From NCBI RefSeq assembly GCF_902652985.1, contig NC_047022.1:30595465-30659464 (forward strand): a stretch of 64,000 bases of DNA. The letters are read 5' to 3'. Below are positions 63,036-64,000 of this stretch, piece by piece. The stretch is from Pecten maximus (taxonomy: Eukaryota). The notes beneath the pieces were generated by a model. The model was not told where the DNA came from, did no database searches, and was given only the letters and a program-made list of their open reading frames with translations. The stretch's first letter is position 1; each line of letters begins with the position of its first letter. A program made the position numbers and the translations under genes.

Positions 63036-63520
63036 GTTATTTTTTGTTTCTTTTTTTGTCAATCATATATGCTAAAATCTTTGAACGACTTCTTCTTGAT
63101 AACCAAAAGGCCCAGAGACCTAATATTGGGCCTGTAGCATGCTGGGATGAACGGCTACCAAGTTTGTTCAAATGGATGACCTTGACCTTCATTCAAGGTC
63201 AAAGGGGTCAAATATGAAAAAAATATTTGAACGACTTCTTCTTGATAACCAAAACGCCCAGAGACCCAATATTATATCTGTAGCATGCTGGGATGAAGGG
63301 CTACTAAGTTTGCTCAAATGGATGACCTTGACCTTCATTCAAGGTCACATGGGTCAAATATGCTAAAATCTTTAAATGACTTCTTCTTAATAACCAAAAG
63401 GTGCAGAGACCTGATATTGGGTCTGTAGCATGATGGGATGAAGGGCTACCAAGTTTGTTCGAATGAATGACCTTGACCTACATTCAAGGTCAAAGGGGTC
63501 AAATATGCTAAAATACATCA
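63036..63520. repeat. Tandem repeat of about 155 bp, 3 copies (..gaacgacttcttcttgataaccaaaaggcccagagacc..gatgaccttgaccttcattcaaggtcaaaggggtcaaatat..)
   Basis: Three diverged copies. Related 'tgacc..gtcaaggtcat' segments occur at 61960-62150 and 30540-30960. Confidence 0.85.
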
Positions 63521-63883
63521 AAACTCAGGTGACCGTTAAGGCCCATGGGCCTCTTGGTTACCAAGTTCTGGAAATGAAGAACAGGACGGAGAAAAGGAAA
63601 TATTATTACAAGAAATCAGTGATCTACATGAGGAGGACAGGTTACCCGAGGAAAAAATCAAAAAGTAGAGAAGCATGAGAAAACTAGGAAAACATACGTA
63701 AAAGGGCAATGGAGAATCTGACTACACAGAAAAGTAAATGAATACACAATTTTGAAAAAATACTTTATGCTCTTTTAAGGTGACCGAGAGAAATAATTTT
63801 GTTTAATTACCATGAGAAAAGAAGAATCGTGTTTCCTGAACATTTGTATATCTTCTGTTTAAGGTGACGAAGAGAATAGCACC

Positions 63884-64000
63884 ATGAGCTACTTCCGAGA
63901 GAAGATGGATACAGAAAATGAAATAAAGGAACAGGAGTTGGAAATGAGAAAACAAGAGTTACAGCTCCAGAAGGAGATATTTGAACTGGAGAAGCATGAC
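63884..64000 (+). CDS. MSANTD4-like gene, coiled-coil ORF running off the window end (MSYFREKMDTENEIKEQELEMRKQELQLQKEIFELEKHD...)
   Basis: Open to the window edge. Resembles the ELEKRRL/ERLQ-repeat coiled coil of MSANTD4. The frame link to the 62806 exon is not established; an intervening exon is likely. Confidence 0.45.
   Translation, partial: MSYFREKMDTENEIKEQELEMRKQELQLQKEIFELEKHD

Overview
This window is eukaryotic nuclear DNA, not prokaryotic. It is AT-rich and intron-rich (GT-AG introns with clear polypyrimidine tracts), gene-dense, and interrupted by many long minisatellite arrays; the composition and repeat content suggest an invertebrate genome, possibly molluscan. I reconstructed seven protein-coding genes by eye from splice sites, reading-frame continuity and family-level protein similarity.

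- DEPDC5 (GATOR1 subunit), minus strand: 20 consecutive coding exons from about 21340 down to 3246, with phase-consistent junctions. The gene continues past the window start. No ATG was found in the first located exon.
- INO80E (INO80 complex subunit E), plus strand: 7 exons, 25609-29304.
- An unnamed protein with two C2H2 zinc fingers and a long coiled-coil/acidic tail, minus strand: 7 exons, 42716-35090.
- ADAT2 (tRNA adenosine deaminase Tad2), plus strand: intronless, 43558-44082.
- An NDI1-like type-II alternative NADH dehydrogenase (NDH-2), plus strand: 8 exons, 44772-50364.
- An unidentified gene X, minus strand: 5 exons, 62251-55935.
- The 5' part of an MSANTD4-like gene (Myb/SANT-like domain plus coiled coil), plus strand, running off the window end.

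The genes sit in divergent pairs around short promoter regions that repeatedly carry TGACGTCA (CRE) palindromes. Roughly 12 kb of the window is minisatellite, all of it intronic or intergenic: repeat units of 22, about 31, 38, 47, 48, about 50, 60/61, 70 and about 150 bp. There are also a 1.1-kb MITE-like element with terminal inverted repeats, tRNA-derived SINE-like fragments, several dispersed repeat families, four long poly-C or poly-G tracts, and an anomalous 0.9-kb CpG-rich island built around palindromes.

No CRISPR array, rRNA gene or bona fide tRNA gene was found. I did not find a coherent novel multi-gene 'system'. The most unusual items are listed under findings. Coordinates were derived by hand and anchored to the ORF track where possible; splice positions not anchored this way may be off by 1-2 nt.
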